Source of the DNA: Gemmatimonadota bacterium
GTDB lineage: Bacteria > Gemmatimonadota > Gemmatimonadetes > Gemmatimonadales > GWC2-71-9
NCBI GenBank assembly: GCA_024641745.1
Contig: JAHECL010000003.1
Coordinates: 1 to 56,823 of the forward strand
Reading direction: 5' to 3'
DNA length: 56,823 bases
In this document: positions 46,707 through 56,451 of the stretch, piece after piece
Layout of the letters: each line of letters opens with the position of its first letter
Position numbering within the stretch: position 1 is the first letter of the stretch
The notes under the pieces: generated by a model
Seen by the model: only the letters and a program-made list of their open reading frames with translations
Told to the model about the DNA's origin: nothing
Database searches by the model: none
Translations under genes and position numbers: made by a program

Positions 46707-48644
46707 TCAGATCTGGATCTGCGCCCCCAGCTCGACGACCCGGTTCGGCGGCAATCCAAAGAACGCCGTCGCGGAGCGTGCGTTCCGGGTCATGATGATG
46801 AAGAGCTTGCGGCGCCAGTAGGGCATGGGCCGGGGGTCGCCCGGCAGCCGCTTCGGCAGCTTGCCGCGCGGCATCGCGATGAGCGTCTCCCGGCCGAGGA
46901 AGAACGACGTCTGCGTCAGGAAGATCGGCTGGGGCGAGCCGGCCAGCGTGGACTCGCCAAGCTGTCGGAGGAGCTCCGGCACATCGGGACTCTCCATGAA
47001 GCCGTAGTGCCCGACGACCCGCCAGAAACCCTCGCCCAGCTCGCGGTACTCGACCCGCCCGGCCGCCTCGACCTGCGGGACCTCCTCCGTCACGATCGAG
47101 AGGAGGATCATCCGCTCATGGAGCACCTTGTTGTGCTTGAGGTGATGCAGGAGCACCGGCGGCGCGATGTCCAGGGCCGACGTGAGCACCACCGCGGTGC
47201 CGGGCACCCGGACGGGCGACCGCCTGGCGATGTCTGCCAGGAAGAGGTCAATCGGGAGGCTCGACTGCTGGACCAGGGCGGCCAGCTTGGCCCGGCCCCG
47301 TTTCCACGTGGTCATCAGCGTGTAGATCACGGCGGCCACGGCGAGGGGGAACCAGCCGCCGTCGGCGAACTTGATGATGTTGGCGCCGAAGAACGAGAGG
47401 TCGACGAGGAGGAAGAGCACGCAGAGCGAGGCGGCCGCGAGGAGGCGCCAGTGCCAGAGGTCTCGTGCCACGCGGAAGAAGAGAAGCGTCGAGATGGCCA
47501 TGGTGCCGGTCACCGCGATGCCGTAGGCGGCCGCGAGGTTGGTGGCGGTCTGGAAGCCGAGCACCAGGAGGATGCACCCCACGGCGAGAATCTGGTTGAC
47601 CTCGGGGATGTAGATCTGCCCGACCTCGGTATGCGAGGTGTGAACGATGGTGACGCGCGGGCTGTACCCGAGCTGCACCGCCTGGCGGGTCAGCGAAAAC
47701 GCCCCGGAGATCAGCGCCTGGGACGCCACGATCGCGGCCAGCGTGGCCACCCCGATCATCGGGTAGAGAAACCACGCCGGCGCCAGCGCGAAGAAGGGGT
47801 TTTCGACGCCGGGCGTCTCGATCAGCAGCGCCGCCTGGCCAAAATAGTTGAGCAGGAGGGCCGGCAGCGCGAAGCAGAACCAGGCCAGCCGGATGGGGCG
47901 CCGGCCGAAGTGCCCCATGTCGGCGTAGAGCGCCTCGCCGCCGGTGATGACGAGCACGACCGCCCCGAGGATCAGGAATCCCTCGAGCCGGTCGTTGATG
48001 AAGAACTCCACCGCATACCAGGGGTTGATGGCACGCCAGACCTCGGGGTGCATGGCAATGCCGCGGATCCCCAGCCCGGCGATGCAGAGGAACCAGACCA
48101 CCATGATCGGGCCGAACGCCCGTCCGATCCGCCCGGTGCCGTGATGCTGGAACCAGAAGAGCCCCACCAGGATGACGAGCGCGATCGGCACCACGAAGTG
48201 GGCAAAGGTGGGCGACGCCACCGCGATCCCCTCCACCGCGCCGAGCACGCTGATGGCCGGCGTGATGATCCCCTCTCCGTAGAGCAGGGCGGCGCCGAGG
48301 AGGCCGAGCCCCACGAGCACCGCCTGTCCCCGACCGGTCGCCTTGCGCGAGCGCACCAGGGCCAGGAGGGCGATGATGCCCCCCTCGCCATGGTTGTCGG
48401 CGCGCATCACGAAGCCGATGTACTTGAAGGAGATGACGAAGTTGAGCGACCAGAAGATCAGCGAGAGGACACCGTACACGTTCGCGGCCGTGGGCGGCAG
48501 CCCGTGCGCCCCGGTGAACGCCTCCTTCATCGCGTAGAGCGGACTGGTGCCGATGTCCCCGTACACGACACCGAGGGCGCCGAGCGACAGTGCCGCGAGC
48601 CCCGCCTTGCGGCCGTGGCCGCCCCTCTCGCCGGCCACGGTCAT
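46707..48644 (-). CDS. kup: KUP/HAK/KT potassium transporter (copy 1)
   Basis: Same signature motifs as copy 2. Tandem paralog. Confidence 0.95.
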   Translation of the reverse strand: MTVAGERGGHGRKAGLAALSLGALGVVYGDIGTSPLYAMKEAFTGAHGLPPTAANVYGVLSLIFWSLNFVISFKYIGFVMRADNHGEGGIIALLALVRSRKATGRGQAVLVGLGLLGAALLYGEGIITPAISVLGAVEGIAVASPTFAHFVVPIALVILVGLFWFQHHGTGRIGRAFGPIMVVWFLCIAGLGIRGIAMHPEVWRAINPWYAVEFFINDRLEGFLILGAVVLVITGGEALYADMGHFGRRPIRLAWFCFALPALLLNYFGQAALLIETPGVENPFFALAPAWFLYPMIGVATLAAIVASQALISGAFSLTRQAVQLGYSPRVTIVHTSHTEVGQIYIPEVNQILAVGCILLVLGFQTATNLAAAYGIAVTGTMAISTLLFFRVARDLWHWRLLAAASLCVLFLLVDLSFFGANIIKFADGGWFPLAVAAVIYTLMTTWKRGRAKLAALVQQSSLPIDLFLADIARRSPVRVPGTAVVLTSALDIAPPVLLHHLKHNKVLHERMILLSIVTEEVPQVEAAGRVEYRELGEGFWRVVGHYGFMESPDVPELLRQLGESTLAGSPQPIFLTQTSFFLGRETLIAMPRGKLPKRLPGDPRPMPYWRRKLFIIMTRNARSATAFFGLPPNRVVELGAQIQI

Positions 48645-48645
48645 G

Positions 48646-49071
48646 TCAGGGGCGCGCCAGCCGGCGGCGGTCCAGCATCGCGAGCGCGAAGACGCACACG
48701 ATGAGGACCGCGGAGGTGACACACCAGCGGCAGATGGCGTGGATGACGAAGAGCTCGAGCCAGGTCAGGTAGGCGGCGAACGCCACCCCGCCGGCCGACA
48801 GCAGGAGCGTCGCGACCATCGGCTCACGGCGATCCGCCCAGGCGGGCTGGGTCCCCAGCACGGAGATCCCCAGGAGCGCCGCATACGCCGCGAGCCCGAG
48901 CAGCGCCACGTCGACCCCCAGGAACTGGCTGTAGGGGCTCAACTGCACCGTGGCGCAGCCGCCCGTGCCGCAGGCGAGGGACCCGATATAGCCGTGCTTG
49001 AACATCCACAGGTAGGCGGAAATCAGCATCCCGGTCAGGCTGAGCAGCGCCACTCCCATCCGGTACTTCAC
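48646..49071 (-). CDS. Vitamin K epoxide reductase (VKOR) family disulfide oxidase
   Basis: GTG overlaps the dsbA stop. Loop Cys pair C.TGGC..V..SPYS and active-site ICRWC. 4 TM segments. Confidence 0.9.
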   Translation of the reverse strand: MKYRMGVALLSLTGMLISAYLWMFKHGYIGSLACGTGGCATVQLSPYSQFLGVDVALLGLAAYAALLGISVLGTQPAWADRREPMVATLLLSAGGVAFAAYLTWLELFVIHAICRWCVTSAVLIVCVFALAMLDRRRLARP

Positions 49072-49733
49072 TTGAGCGGCGGACCCGACGGGGTCAGGGA
49101 GTCCACCAGCTTCTTGAGGGCGTCGGAGTTCGACAAGCCGCCGTACAGCCGGTCGCCGATCAGGAAGGTGGGCGTCCCGTTGACGCCGACGCGCACCCCT
49201 TCGTCGTAGCTGGCCTGGATCCGGCCGGCGTATTTCGCCGACATCATGCACGCGTCATAGGCCGTCAGGTTGAGGCCGTTCTGCGTCGCGTAGCCCCGGA
49301 AGGTGCCCGAGACCTCCGACTCGCGCGACCACGCTGCCTGCCCCTGGTAGATGAGGGCGTGCTGCTGCCAGTACTTGCCCTGGTCGTCCGCGCAGGCAGC
49401 CGAGTGGGCGGCCATCCGCGAGAAGGGATGAATGCTGAGCGGGAAGTCACGGTAGCGCCACCGCACCTTTCCGGTCTCCACCAGCTGCCGGACGATGTCG
49501 GGGAACTGCACCATGTCGAAGCTCTGGCACCCCGGGCACTGGTAATCGGCGTACTCCGTGATGACGACGGGCGCGTCGGGGTCGCCGAGGAAGTAGCCCT
49601 GGAACCCCGCCGTGTCGGCCACCGTGACGGTGACGTTGGCGGGGATGCTGGGCACCCCGCGGCGGACCTGCCAGTAGAGCAGTCCGCCGCCGGCCACCGC
49701 GACGACGAGCAGGGCGAGATAGAAGCGGTTCAT
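49068..49733 (-). CDS. DsbA-family thioredoxin-fold protein, membrane anchored (alternative start 49751)
   Basis: GDPDAPV.I.EYADYQCPGC, RDFPL..H, second Cys pair, GVNGTPTF. Confidence 0.9.
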   Translation of the reverse strand: MNRFYLALLVVAVAGGGLLYWQVRRGVPSIPANVTVTVADTAGFQGYFLGDPDAPVVITEYADYQCPGCQSFDMVQFPDIVRQLVETGKVRWRYRDFPLSIHPFSRMAAHSAACADDQGKYWQQHALIYQGQAAWSRESEVSGTFRGYATQNGLNLTAYDACMMSAKYAGRIQASYDEGVRVGVNGTPTFLIGDRLYGGLSNSDALKKLVDSLTPSGPPLK

Positions 49734-49955
49734 CGAGGAAGTACCAGCCATGGGTCAGCGTCCTTAAATGAGTCAGACGACAGCGAAGAAAGCCGGTCCG
49801 GCGGTCGGGCCGGCGCCATCAACCGGCTGGAATGTAATGGATTACGGGTCCGCCGCTCGGGTCACGCCCTTTGCCAATCACCCCATCCTCCTGTTATCTT
49901 TTGCCACGCTTGGCGCATAGGACGCCAAGGCCGAATTTCCCGTAGAGGAAGGTGC

Positions 49956-50228
49956 ATGACCAAGAAAAAGCCACAGCGGTCGGCGCCGCCCGCCTCGTTC
50001 GATCAGGCGCGCGACGAACTCTTCAGCCACATCCTTCGGTGCGGCGTGATGGAAGCCGAGCTCGAACACCAGAAGGACTGGTTTGACGACACCATGCAGT
50101 ATCTGACAGAGCGCTATCCCGACCTCGCGGACGAGGATCGCGCGAACCTTCGCCTCCTCGGCGAGCGGTACTGTCAGCCCGTGGTGCCGCACACGGCCGA
50201 AGCCGTCGGCAGCGCAACCGCCGAGTAG
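49956..50228 (+). CDS. Small soluble helical protein of unknown function (90 aa)
   Basis: RBS GAGGAAGG. Upstream TTGCCA-18-TATCTT with extended -10 (49871-49900) and a terminator downstream. Non-biased sequence FDQARDELFSHILRCGV..HQKDWFDDT. Confidence 0.75.
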   Translation: MTKKKPQRSAPPASFDQARDELFSHILRCGVMEAELEHQKDWFDDTMQYLTERYPDLADEDRANLRLLGERYCQPVVPHTAEAVGSATAE

Positions 50229-50234
50229 TCCACG

Positions 50235-50258
50235 CCGCCCCGGGTTCTCCCGGGGCGG
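50235..50258. terminator. Hairpin between convergent genes
   Basis: 10-bp stem CCGCCCCGGG-ttct-CCCGGGGCGG followed by TTT. Confidence 0.6.
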
Positions 50259-50265
50259 TTTCGCA

Positions 50266-50742
50266 TCAATCCCTGGCCCGCCACCCCGGCGGGAGTTTTC
50301 GCCACCGATAGCCCGCGGCGATGCGGGCGCCCCCACCGACCCCCGCCTCCGCGAACCACCCCCCGCGCCCGCCGGGACTGCCCTCGATCCCCACCAGCAG
50401 CACCAGGTACCCGTTGTCGGCCCCGCTCTGGAAGACGCCGGCCAGTCCGCCGCCGGCGTAGATCCCGGCGCGGGTGCTGCGCGGGTTCAGCAGGAACTCG
50501 CCCAGCAGCTCCGCCCGACCAACCCCCTCCCCATCGCCGTCGACCCCACCGCCGGCGTACACGGCGATGCGGGTCCGGCTCGAGGGCCGGAGCGAGGCGG
50601 TGACGCCGGCGGTGTAGATGGCGGGGTCGGCCGTCGTGACGACCGCCTGCCCGCCGATCTCCCGCACCACCGTGCCCTGCGCCGCGAGGGGCGCGGCGAG
50701 CGCGGCGGCGAGGAGGAGCGGCTTAGCCCAGGCGCAGGGCAT
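50266..50742 (-). CDS. Small secreted protein, probable 8-stranded outer-membrane beta-barrel
   Basis: Signal peptide ending APLAA-Q. Gly-rich alternating strands YAGGGLAG, WFAEAGVGGG, IAAGYRW. Confidence 0.6.
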   Translation of the reverse strand: MPCAWAKPLLLAAALAAPLAAQGTVVREIGGQAVVTTADPAIYTAGVTASLRPSSRTRIAVYAGGGVDGDGEGVGRAELLGEFLLNPRSTRAGIYAGGGLAGVFQSGADNGYLVLLVGIEGSPGGRGGWFAEAGVGGGARIAAGYRWRKLPPGWRARD

Positions 50743-51139
50743 AGCTGGTCGCGATATCCGGCCGCAGGGAGTGGAGGACCGAGCAGTACTTCTCCATGGA
50801 GAGATCGATGGCCCGGCGGGCCTTCGTCTCGTCGAGGCCGAGCCCGCGGATGGTCCAGGTGTAGCGGATCGCCGTGTAGTGCTTCGGGTGTTCGGTCCGG
50901 CGCTCACCCTCCATCGCGATCTCCAGCGATTCGAGCCCGACCTGCATCTTCTTCAGGATCGAGACCACATCCGCCCCGCTGCAGGCGGCCGCGGCCATCA
51001 GCAACATGAGCATCGGGCCGGGGGACGTGGCGTTGTCGGCATCCACGACGATGGAGGGGCCGTCCGGCTCCCCGCCCTCGAACCTGAGGTCGTCGAGCCA
51101 GTGGAGGGTGACGCGCTTGGTTTCGGTGCTGTCCGTCAT
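50723..51139 (-). CDS. OsmC/YhfA-family protein
   Basis: PM..LL.A.AACSGADV..ILKK, LSMEKYCSV. Confidence 0.9.
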   Translation of the reverse strand: MTDSTETKRVTLHWLDDLRFEGGEPDGPSIVVDADNATSPGPMLMLLMAAAACSGADVVSILKKMQVGLESLEIAMEGERRTEHPKHYTAIRYTWTIRGLGLDETKARRAIDLSMEKYCSVLHSLRPDIATSYALRLG

Positions 51140-51149
51140 CGTGACATTC

Positions 51150-51671
51150 CTAGAGAGGGCGTGAAGAGGTGGCCGCGGCCCGGGTGTAGTCCCAGATCGC
51201 GTAGAGGGCGACCGCCGCCGTGGCCCACGCGAGCGGTCGGAGGAGGGGTGACCCCAGGACGAAGGCCCCGAGCGTCGCGACCTGCAGGACGGTCACCGCC
51301 TTGCCGCCCGCGCGGGCGGGGATGGCGCTGGCGTGTCCCCTGATGCTGGTCACGGCAAACGCGACCGTGGCGGCGATGTCCCGGGCCAGCACGCCGACCA
51401 GCTCCCACCAGGCGAGTTGCCCGGAGAAGAGCACGGTGCCGAACGCCACCGCCATGAAGAGCTTGTCCGCCACCGGATCGATGAAGGGACCGAATCGCGA
51501 GCTGCCGATGCGGCGCGCGAGGAAGCCGTCGAGCAGGTCGGAGCCTGCGGCGACCGCCAGGACCACGAGGCGCCACCGCTCGTCCACCAGCGGGAAGGCG
51601 ACCGCCAGCGGCAGGCGGATCAGGGTGAAGACATCCGCGATCGTGAACCGGCGGCGCCGTATCTCCGTCAT
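51150..51671 (-). CDS. CDP-alcohol phosphatidyltransferase
   Basis: Signature DLLDGFLARR...S.FG..IDPVADK. Confidence 0.9.
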   Translation of the reverse strand: MTEIRRRRFTIADVFTLIRLPLAVAFPLVDERWRLVVLAVAAGSDLLDGFLARRIGSSRFGPFIDPVADKLFMAVAFGTVLFSGQLAWWELVGVLARDIAATVAFAVTSIRGHASAIPARAGGKAVTVLQVATLGAFVLGSPLLRPLAWATAAVALYAIWDYTRAAATSSRPL

Positions 51672-51672
51672 C

Positions 51673-54291
51673 CTATCGCCCCCCACCGGCGCCCCGCACG
51701 ACCCCCTCTGCCCGCCGCTCCGGCCGCAGGGACGCGCGCGCCACCTCCCACACCGCCTCCGCCGTCACGCGACGGTAGGGCGCCGCCGGATCCTCCAGTT
51801 CACCCAGTCCCTCCCCGAGCATCCATGCATCCACAATCTCCGCGGCGAGGTGCCCGGCGCTCTGGCGCTGCACCGCCGCCTGGCCCGCCAGGTAGCCGAC
51901 CGCCCGGGTCAGCTCGTCGGGGGCGACCGCCTCGCCGGCGAAGCGCGCCAGCTCCTCGAGCATCGCCGCCCGCGCCTCTGCCTCCCGTTCCGGCGCCATC
52001 GCGATGTAGGTCCCGAGCGCACCGGCACGCTGGCGGGGCCAGGCGAAGGCGAGCACCGTGTACGCGAGCGAGCGCTGGTCACGCAGGGTGTCGAACAGGC
52101 GGCCGCCGAGGCCGCTGGCGATGGCCGCCCACACCTCGGCGGCATGCCGCGCCGGATCGCCGCGTCGCGGCCCGGGAAAGAGCATCGCGAACGCCGACTG
52201 CGCCTTCCCGAGTTCCGCGAGCAGTTCCACCGGGGCGGACGCCGGCTGCCAGCGGATCGCCGCCGGGGCCGCGGGTGGAACGCCCTGCCAATCGCGGAAC
52301 ACCGCGGCGAGCTGGTCGGCGGCGCGGTCGGGGTCGATGTCGCCGACCGCCACGACCGTCAGGCGGTTGCCCCGCAGCGCCTCCCGGTGCCACGCCGCCA
52401 CCCGGGCGGGGGAGAGTTCGCGCAGCGTCTCCTCGAGGCCCCCGGCCGGCAACCCGTAGGACGACTCCCCGAAGGCCCCGCGAAAGGCGAGCTGGAAGGG
52501 GAACCGGAAGGTGTCGTCCCTCACCTGGCGTGCCTCCTCCACCATGAGCTCCCGCTCCCGGGTGACCTCCCCGGGCTCGAAGCGCGGCTCCTGCATGACG
52601 GTCCGGAGGAGCGCCGCCGCCGGGCCCAGCCGGTCGGCCATGACGGTGGTGCCCATGCCGAGTCGATCGATCGCCACCGAGGAGCCGAGACTGCCGCCGA
52701 GTCGCTCGAACGCGAGGGCCAGCTGCTCCGCGTCGTAGGCGCCGGCGCCGCGAATGGCGCTCCGCAGGGCGAGCGAGCCCAGCCCCGCCTCCGCCAGCTG
52801 CTCGGTCCCGGCACCCGCCACGTGGACGCCGAGGGCCACCGCCGGCACGCCGGCCTTCCGGCGCACGAGGAGGTCGGCGCCCTCGAGCGCGACATGCAGC
52901 ACCTCGGCCCGCCGGGCCCCCGCAGGACGTCCGTTGAGGGGAGGGATCGCGGATGCCGGCTCCGGCTGCGCGATCGGCCGCGCCGGCGCGTCCACGCGGA
53001 AGGCGGCCGACAGGTGGGCCGCCGCGAGGTCGTCGCCCCGCCCATCGGGGAGGTAGGCCACCGCACCCACGGCGTCGGGCCGCAGGTACTGCCGGGCCAC
53101 GCGCCGGACGTCGTCCGGAGTGACGGCCGCCAGCTGGGCAAACTCCTCGTCGAGCAGCGCGACGTCGCGCAGCGCCTCGGCGGAGGCGAGCGCACTCGCC
53201 CGGCCATCCATCGTCTCGAGGGACCGGGACCACCGGGTCAGGAGGAGCGCGCGGGCGCGTTCGAGGTCGGAGTCGGATGGACCCGCGGCGCGCAGGGCGA
53301 GCACCGCGCGGGCGATCTCGTCCAGGGCCGCTGGCACCCGCTCCGCCTCGAGCTCCGCGCCGATGCTGAATATTCCGACCTCCGTCGGCGCATAGTGATA
53401 GGCCGACACGCCGGTGGCCAGGCCCGGCGCCCGGACGGCCCGGTACAGCCAGGATCCGCGCCCGCTGCCCAGCACCGCGGCCGCCAGGTCGAGCGCCGGC
53501 ACGTCGGCGTGGAGCGCCGGCACCGTGCGCCATCCAAGGACCAGGTGGGCCGACGTGATCGGCCCCCGGAGGGTCCGGGCGCGCAGTTCGCGACGGGCCG
53601 GCTCCTCCGGCGAGGGGTCCAGCGCCGCAGGGTGGGCGGGCCAGTCGGCATAGCGGACGCGCGCCGCGCGCAGGGCCTCCACCGGGTCGATGTCTCCGAC
53701 GATCGCCACGATGGTGCGAGCGGGCACGTAGCGCGACGCGTAATAGCCGGCCACATCCTCCCGCGTGAACCCCGCGAGCGCCGCTTCGGTGCCGATGCGC
53801 CAGCGCCGGATCCGGTGCCGGTCAAAGAGCACCTCGTGCAGCGTCTCGTGCGCCAGTGCGCCGGGTGAATCCAGCTTCCGCTTCGCTTCCTGGATGATGA
53901 CCTGGAGCTCGCGCGCGAGTTCCTCGCGATCGAGCGAGGCATGCTGCAGCGCATCGGCCTGGATGTCGAGCGCCGTCCCGAGCCGGTCCGCCGGCAGGGT
54001 CACATAGTAGGTGGTGTAGTCGTAGGCGGTGCCGGCGTTGAGGTAGCCGCCGGCCGCTTTCGTCTGGCGCGCCACCTCACCGACCCCGCGCGTCGGGGTC
54101 CCCTTGAAGAACATGTGCTCCAGCACATGGCTGATGCCGCCCCAGCGATCGGGTTCATCGAAGAACCCCGCCTTGACGTGGGTCACGACGGCGACGGCGG
54201 GGGCGGAGGCCTCGCGCTGCGCGAGGAGGGTGAGCCCGTTCGGGAGGACCTCACGGACGACGCCCGCGGTCCAGGAGGGAGTGGAGGTCAT
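51673..54291 (-). CDS. M16-family (pitrilysin-like) zinc protease, two-lobed
   Basis: LPNGL, inverted zinc motif HVLEH in GISHVLEHMFFKGT, NA.T.YD.T.Y, second inactive lobe SGLGGRLF..LR. Confidence 0.92.
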   Translation of the reverse strand: MTSTPSWTAGVVREVLPNGLTLLAQREASAPAVAVVTHVKAGFFDEPDRWGGISHVLEHMFFKGTPTRGVGEVARQTKAAGGYLNAGTAYDYTTYYVTLPADRLGTALDIQADALQHASLDREELARELQVIIQEAKRKLDSPGALAHETLHEVLFDRHRIRRWRIGTEAALAGFTREDVAGYYASRYVPARTIVAIVGDIDPVEALRAARVRYADWPAHPAALDPSPEEPARRELRARTLRGPITSAHLVLGWRTVPALHADVPALDLAAAVLGSGRGSWLYRAVRAPGLATGVSAYHYAPTEVGIFSIGAELEAERVPAALDEIARAVLALRAAGPSDSDLERARALLLTRWSRSLETMDGRASALASAEALRDVALLDEEFAQLAAVTPDDVRRVARQYLRPDAVGAVAYLPDGRGDDLAAAHLSAAFRVDAPARPIAQPEPASAIPPLNGRPAGARRAEVLHVALEGADLLVRRKAGVPAVALGVHVAGAGTEQLAEAGLGSLALRSAIRGAGAYDAEQLALAFERLGGSLGSSVAIDRLGMGTTVMADRLGPAAALLRTVMQEPRFEPGEVTRERELMVEEARQVRDDTFRFPFQLAFRGAFGESSYGLPAGGLEETLRELSPARVAAWHREALRGNRLTVVAVGDIDPDRAADQLAAVFRDWQGVPPAAPAAIRWQPASAPVELLAELGKAQSAFAMLFPGPRRGDPARHAAEVWAAIASGLGGRLFDTLRDQRSLAYTVLAFAWPRQRAGALGTYIAMAPEREAEARAAMLEELARFAGEAVAPDELTRAVGYLAGQAAVQRQSAGHLAAEIVDAWMLGEGLGELEDPAAPYRRVTAEAVWEVARASLRPERRAEGVVRGAGGGR

Positions 54292-54368
54292 GCTGAAAGG
54301 TATGCGAACAGGGGCGGGATGCACGCGGGGCCCGCGCGGGCCCCGGGATGCCGTGGTGCGAGTGGAGC

Positions 54369-55487
54369 CTACTGGATGATGCGGAGAACCCCGGCTTCGG
54401 AGCTGCCGCGAATGAACGCCTCGGCGTCGGTGACCGGAATGACGATGCCGGTTTCGGCCTGCCCGCGCCGGGCGAGGCCCGCCATGAATTCCACGAGCGA
54501 GGCACCCGCCGCCTGGTGGTCGGCGGCCTTCATCTGGAGGAGGATTTCTTCCCAGGTGCCGTTGAAGAGATGGCCGGACAGCGTCGCCACCAGGTGCGAT
54601 TCCCCGACGTTGGGCCGCTTCTGCATCGCCTGGAGTTCGGTGAGCAGGGTGCCGAAGAGCTCCAGCTGGTTCGGGTCGCGCAGCGTCCCGTCCGGCAGCA
54701 GCGCCTCCATCTCCGCCAGCAGCATGTCGATGGAGTCGGGTTCCGCGGCCACCTCGCCGAGGCGCGCCAGCCACGGCACGAGTTCCGGGTCGTCGTCCGG
54801 CAGGCGGAAGAGCGACTTCTTGAGCTCGATGTAGCGCCAGAGCGCCAGCTCGTCGAAGTGCTCCTCGGGCTGGGTGCGCTCCAGATGGTGCAGCGCCGCC
54901 TCCGACTCCCCGCGATCGTAGAGGAGGTTGGCGAGGTAGACGCGCGCTTCGGCGTAGGTCGGGTCGATTTCCAGGGCGCGCCGAAGCCAGTAGAGCGCGC
55001 CGCTCTCGTTGCCGAGCCGGTGCGAGGCGTAACCGACGCAGGCGGCGGCTTCCGGCGAGTCGGGATGGGCGGAGACCGCGAACTCGAAGAACCGGTGCGC
55101 CTGCGCGAGAAGTCCCTCGCGAAAGAGCGCGCGGCCGAGTTGCAGCATCAGCTCATGATCCTCGCGGAACCCAAGCGCCACCACGCGCTCGAAGGCGGCG
55201 AGGGCTCCGCCACGATCACCGATCTTGAGCAGGGATTCGCCGATACCGGCGAGGGCGTCTTCGTGGTCGGGGTCGCGGGCCAGCGCACGTTCGAAGCTGC
55301 GTCGTGCCCAGGCGTATTCCTCGCGGGCGAGGTAGGCGTAGGCCATGCCCACATGCAGTTCGACCGCTTGCGGGTAGAGCGTCACCCCGACGCGGAGGAG
55401 ATCCAGTGCTTCGTCGTAGCGGCCTTCGTTATAGAGGGAATGGGCGTTCTCGTCGTATTCGTCGGAGCTCAGAAAGCTTTCCGACAT
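54369..55487 (-). CDS. Tetratricopeptide-repeat protein
   Basis: RBS GGAGG. About six TPR-like repeats (ALARDPDH, ALEIDPTY) plus a C-terminal domain. Confidence 0.85.
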   Translation of the reverse strand: MSESFLSSDEYDENAHSLYNEGRYDEALDLLRVGVTLYPQAVELHVGMAYAYLAREEYAWARRSFERALARDPDHEDALAGIGESLLKIGDRGGALAAFERVVALGFREDHELMLQLGRALFREGLLAQAHRFFEFAVSAHPDSPEAAACVGYASHRLGNESGALYWLRRALEIDPTYAEARVYLANLLYDRGESEAALHHLERTQPEEHFDELALWRYIELKKSLFRLPDDDPELVPWLARLGEVAAEPDSIDMLLAEMEALLPDGTLRDPNQLELFGTLLTELQAMQKRPNVGESHLVATLSGHLFNGTWEEILLQMKAADHQAAGASLVEFMAGLARRGQAETGIVIPVTDAEAFIRGSSEAGVLRIIQ

Positions 55488-55618
55488 CGGCGGTCCCTCC
55501 GGAGGCAGGTTGCACCAAAGTAGGACAGGGAGGGGACCGTCCGCAAGAGTCGGGATGACAGGGAGTTGCGCCTCAGGTTCGTGCCCGGACACCATCGCCG
55601 CCGCCCGCCTACTCGCCC

Positions 55619-56386
55619 TCAACGGCACTCGCGCGCGAGCCGGCGCACCCGGATCTCCTGGGTCAGCGCGCTCCGTCCCTCCCCAGCGGAAAATTCGAGG
55701 GTGGCCGTGACGGAGCTTTCCCATTCCAGCGGCCCGTCCCCGCCCCGCCAGGAGAGCCGCCCGTCCTCCCGCTCACTTCGATGGACCACGAGCGTCGAGT
55801 CCCCGACAGCGACGCCCTCATCCCACGCCTCGCGCCGGACCCAGCGGTAGCGCTGCACCGTCCCGCCCGCGGCGGTACTGTCCGCGAGCCGCCAGATCGT
55901 CAATCCGCCCTCGCCCGACCAGTCAGCGCCCGGCTCGATCGGCGTTGGGGGGAGCGGGGGGAAGAAATGGAGCGGGAGGCGCGCGAAGTCGAACAGGTCC
56001 CGCATCGCCGACGGGGTGAACGGCGCCGTCAGGGCCAGGTAGTCTCCCTGCGGGTCGAGACGGCCGCCGTATCGGCCGCCGATGAGGCCGTCGGTCTCCG
56101 GCGCCTCTCGTCCCTCCGGCCCGTCCCGGAACACGGCGAGACTGTCGAACCAGGCCTCGATCACGAGACCGGCGCTGTCGGCCGCGGCCCGCACCGCCAG
56201 CACGCCGTCCCGGCCGAGGGTCTCGGACCGGCGCTCCGCCCCGAAGCGCGACTCGACCTCGCCGCGCACCGACTCGGCAAACCGCGAACAGGCGAGGGTG
56301 CGCACGTCGTAGACCGGCGCCTGCGCCCGGCCGGCCGACGGCGCCAGCAGGAGGACAAGGAGGAGGAGCGGGCGGGGCGCTTGCAT
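55619..56386 (-). CDS. Secreted hypothetical protein
   Basis: Signal peptide MQAPRPLLLLVLLLAPSAGRA-Q, beta-rich body. Confidence 0.65.
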   Translation of the reverse strand: MQAPRPLLLLVLLLAPSAGRAQAPVYDVRTLACSRFAESVRGEVESRFGAERRSETLGRDGVLAVRAAADSAGLVIEAWFDSLAVFRDGPEGREAPETDGLIGGRYGGRLDPQGDYLALTAPFTPSAMRDLFDFARLPLHFFPPLPPTPIEPGADWSGEGGLTIWRLADSTAAGGTVQRYRWVRREAWDEGVAVGDSTLVVHRSEREDGRLSWRGGDGPLEWESSVTATLEFSAGEGRSALTQEIRVRRLARECR

Positions 56387-56451
56387 CTCCGCGAATCTGG
56401 CGGCATCCTCAGTCGTTGTCCAACCGGTTTCTCCCGCATCCCGAGCCCCCC

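Noticed and set aside
54326-54345. Perfect 20-bp GC palindrome CGGGGCCCGCGCGGGCCCCG
   Set aside because: Single all-GC copy between co-oriented genes. Most likely an ordinary hairpin, and not similar to the other hairpins, so not a REP family.
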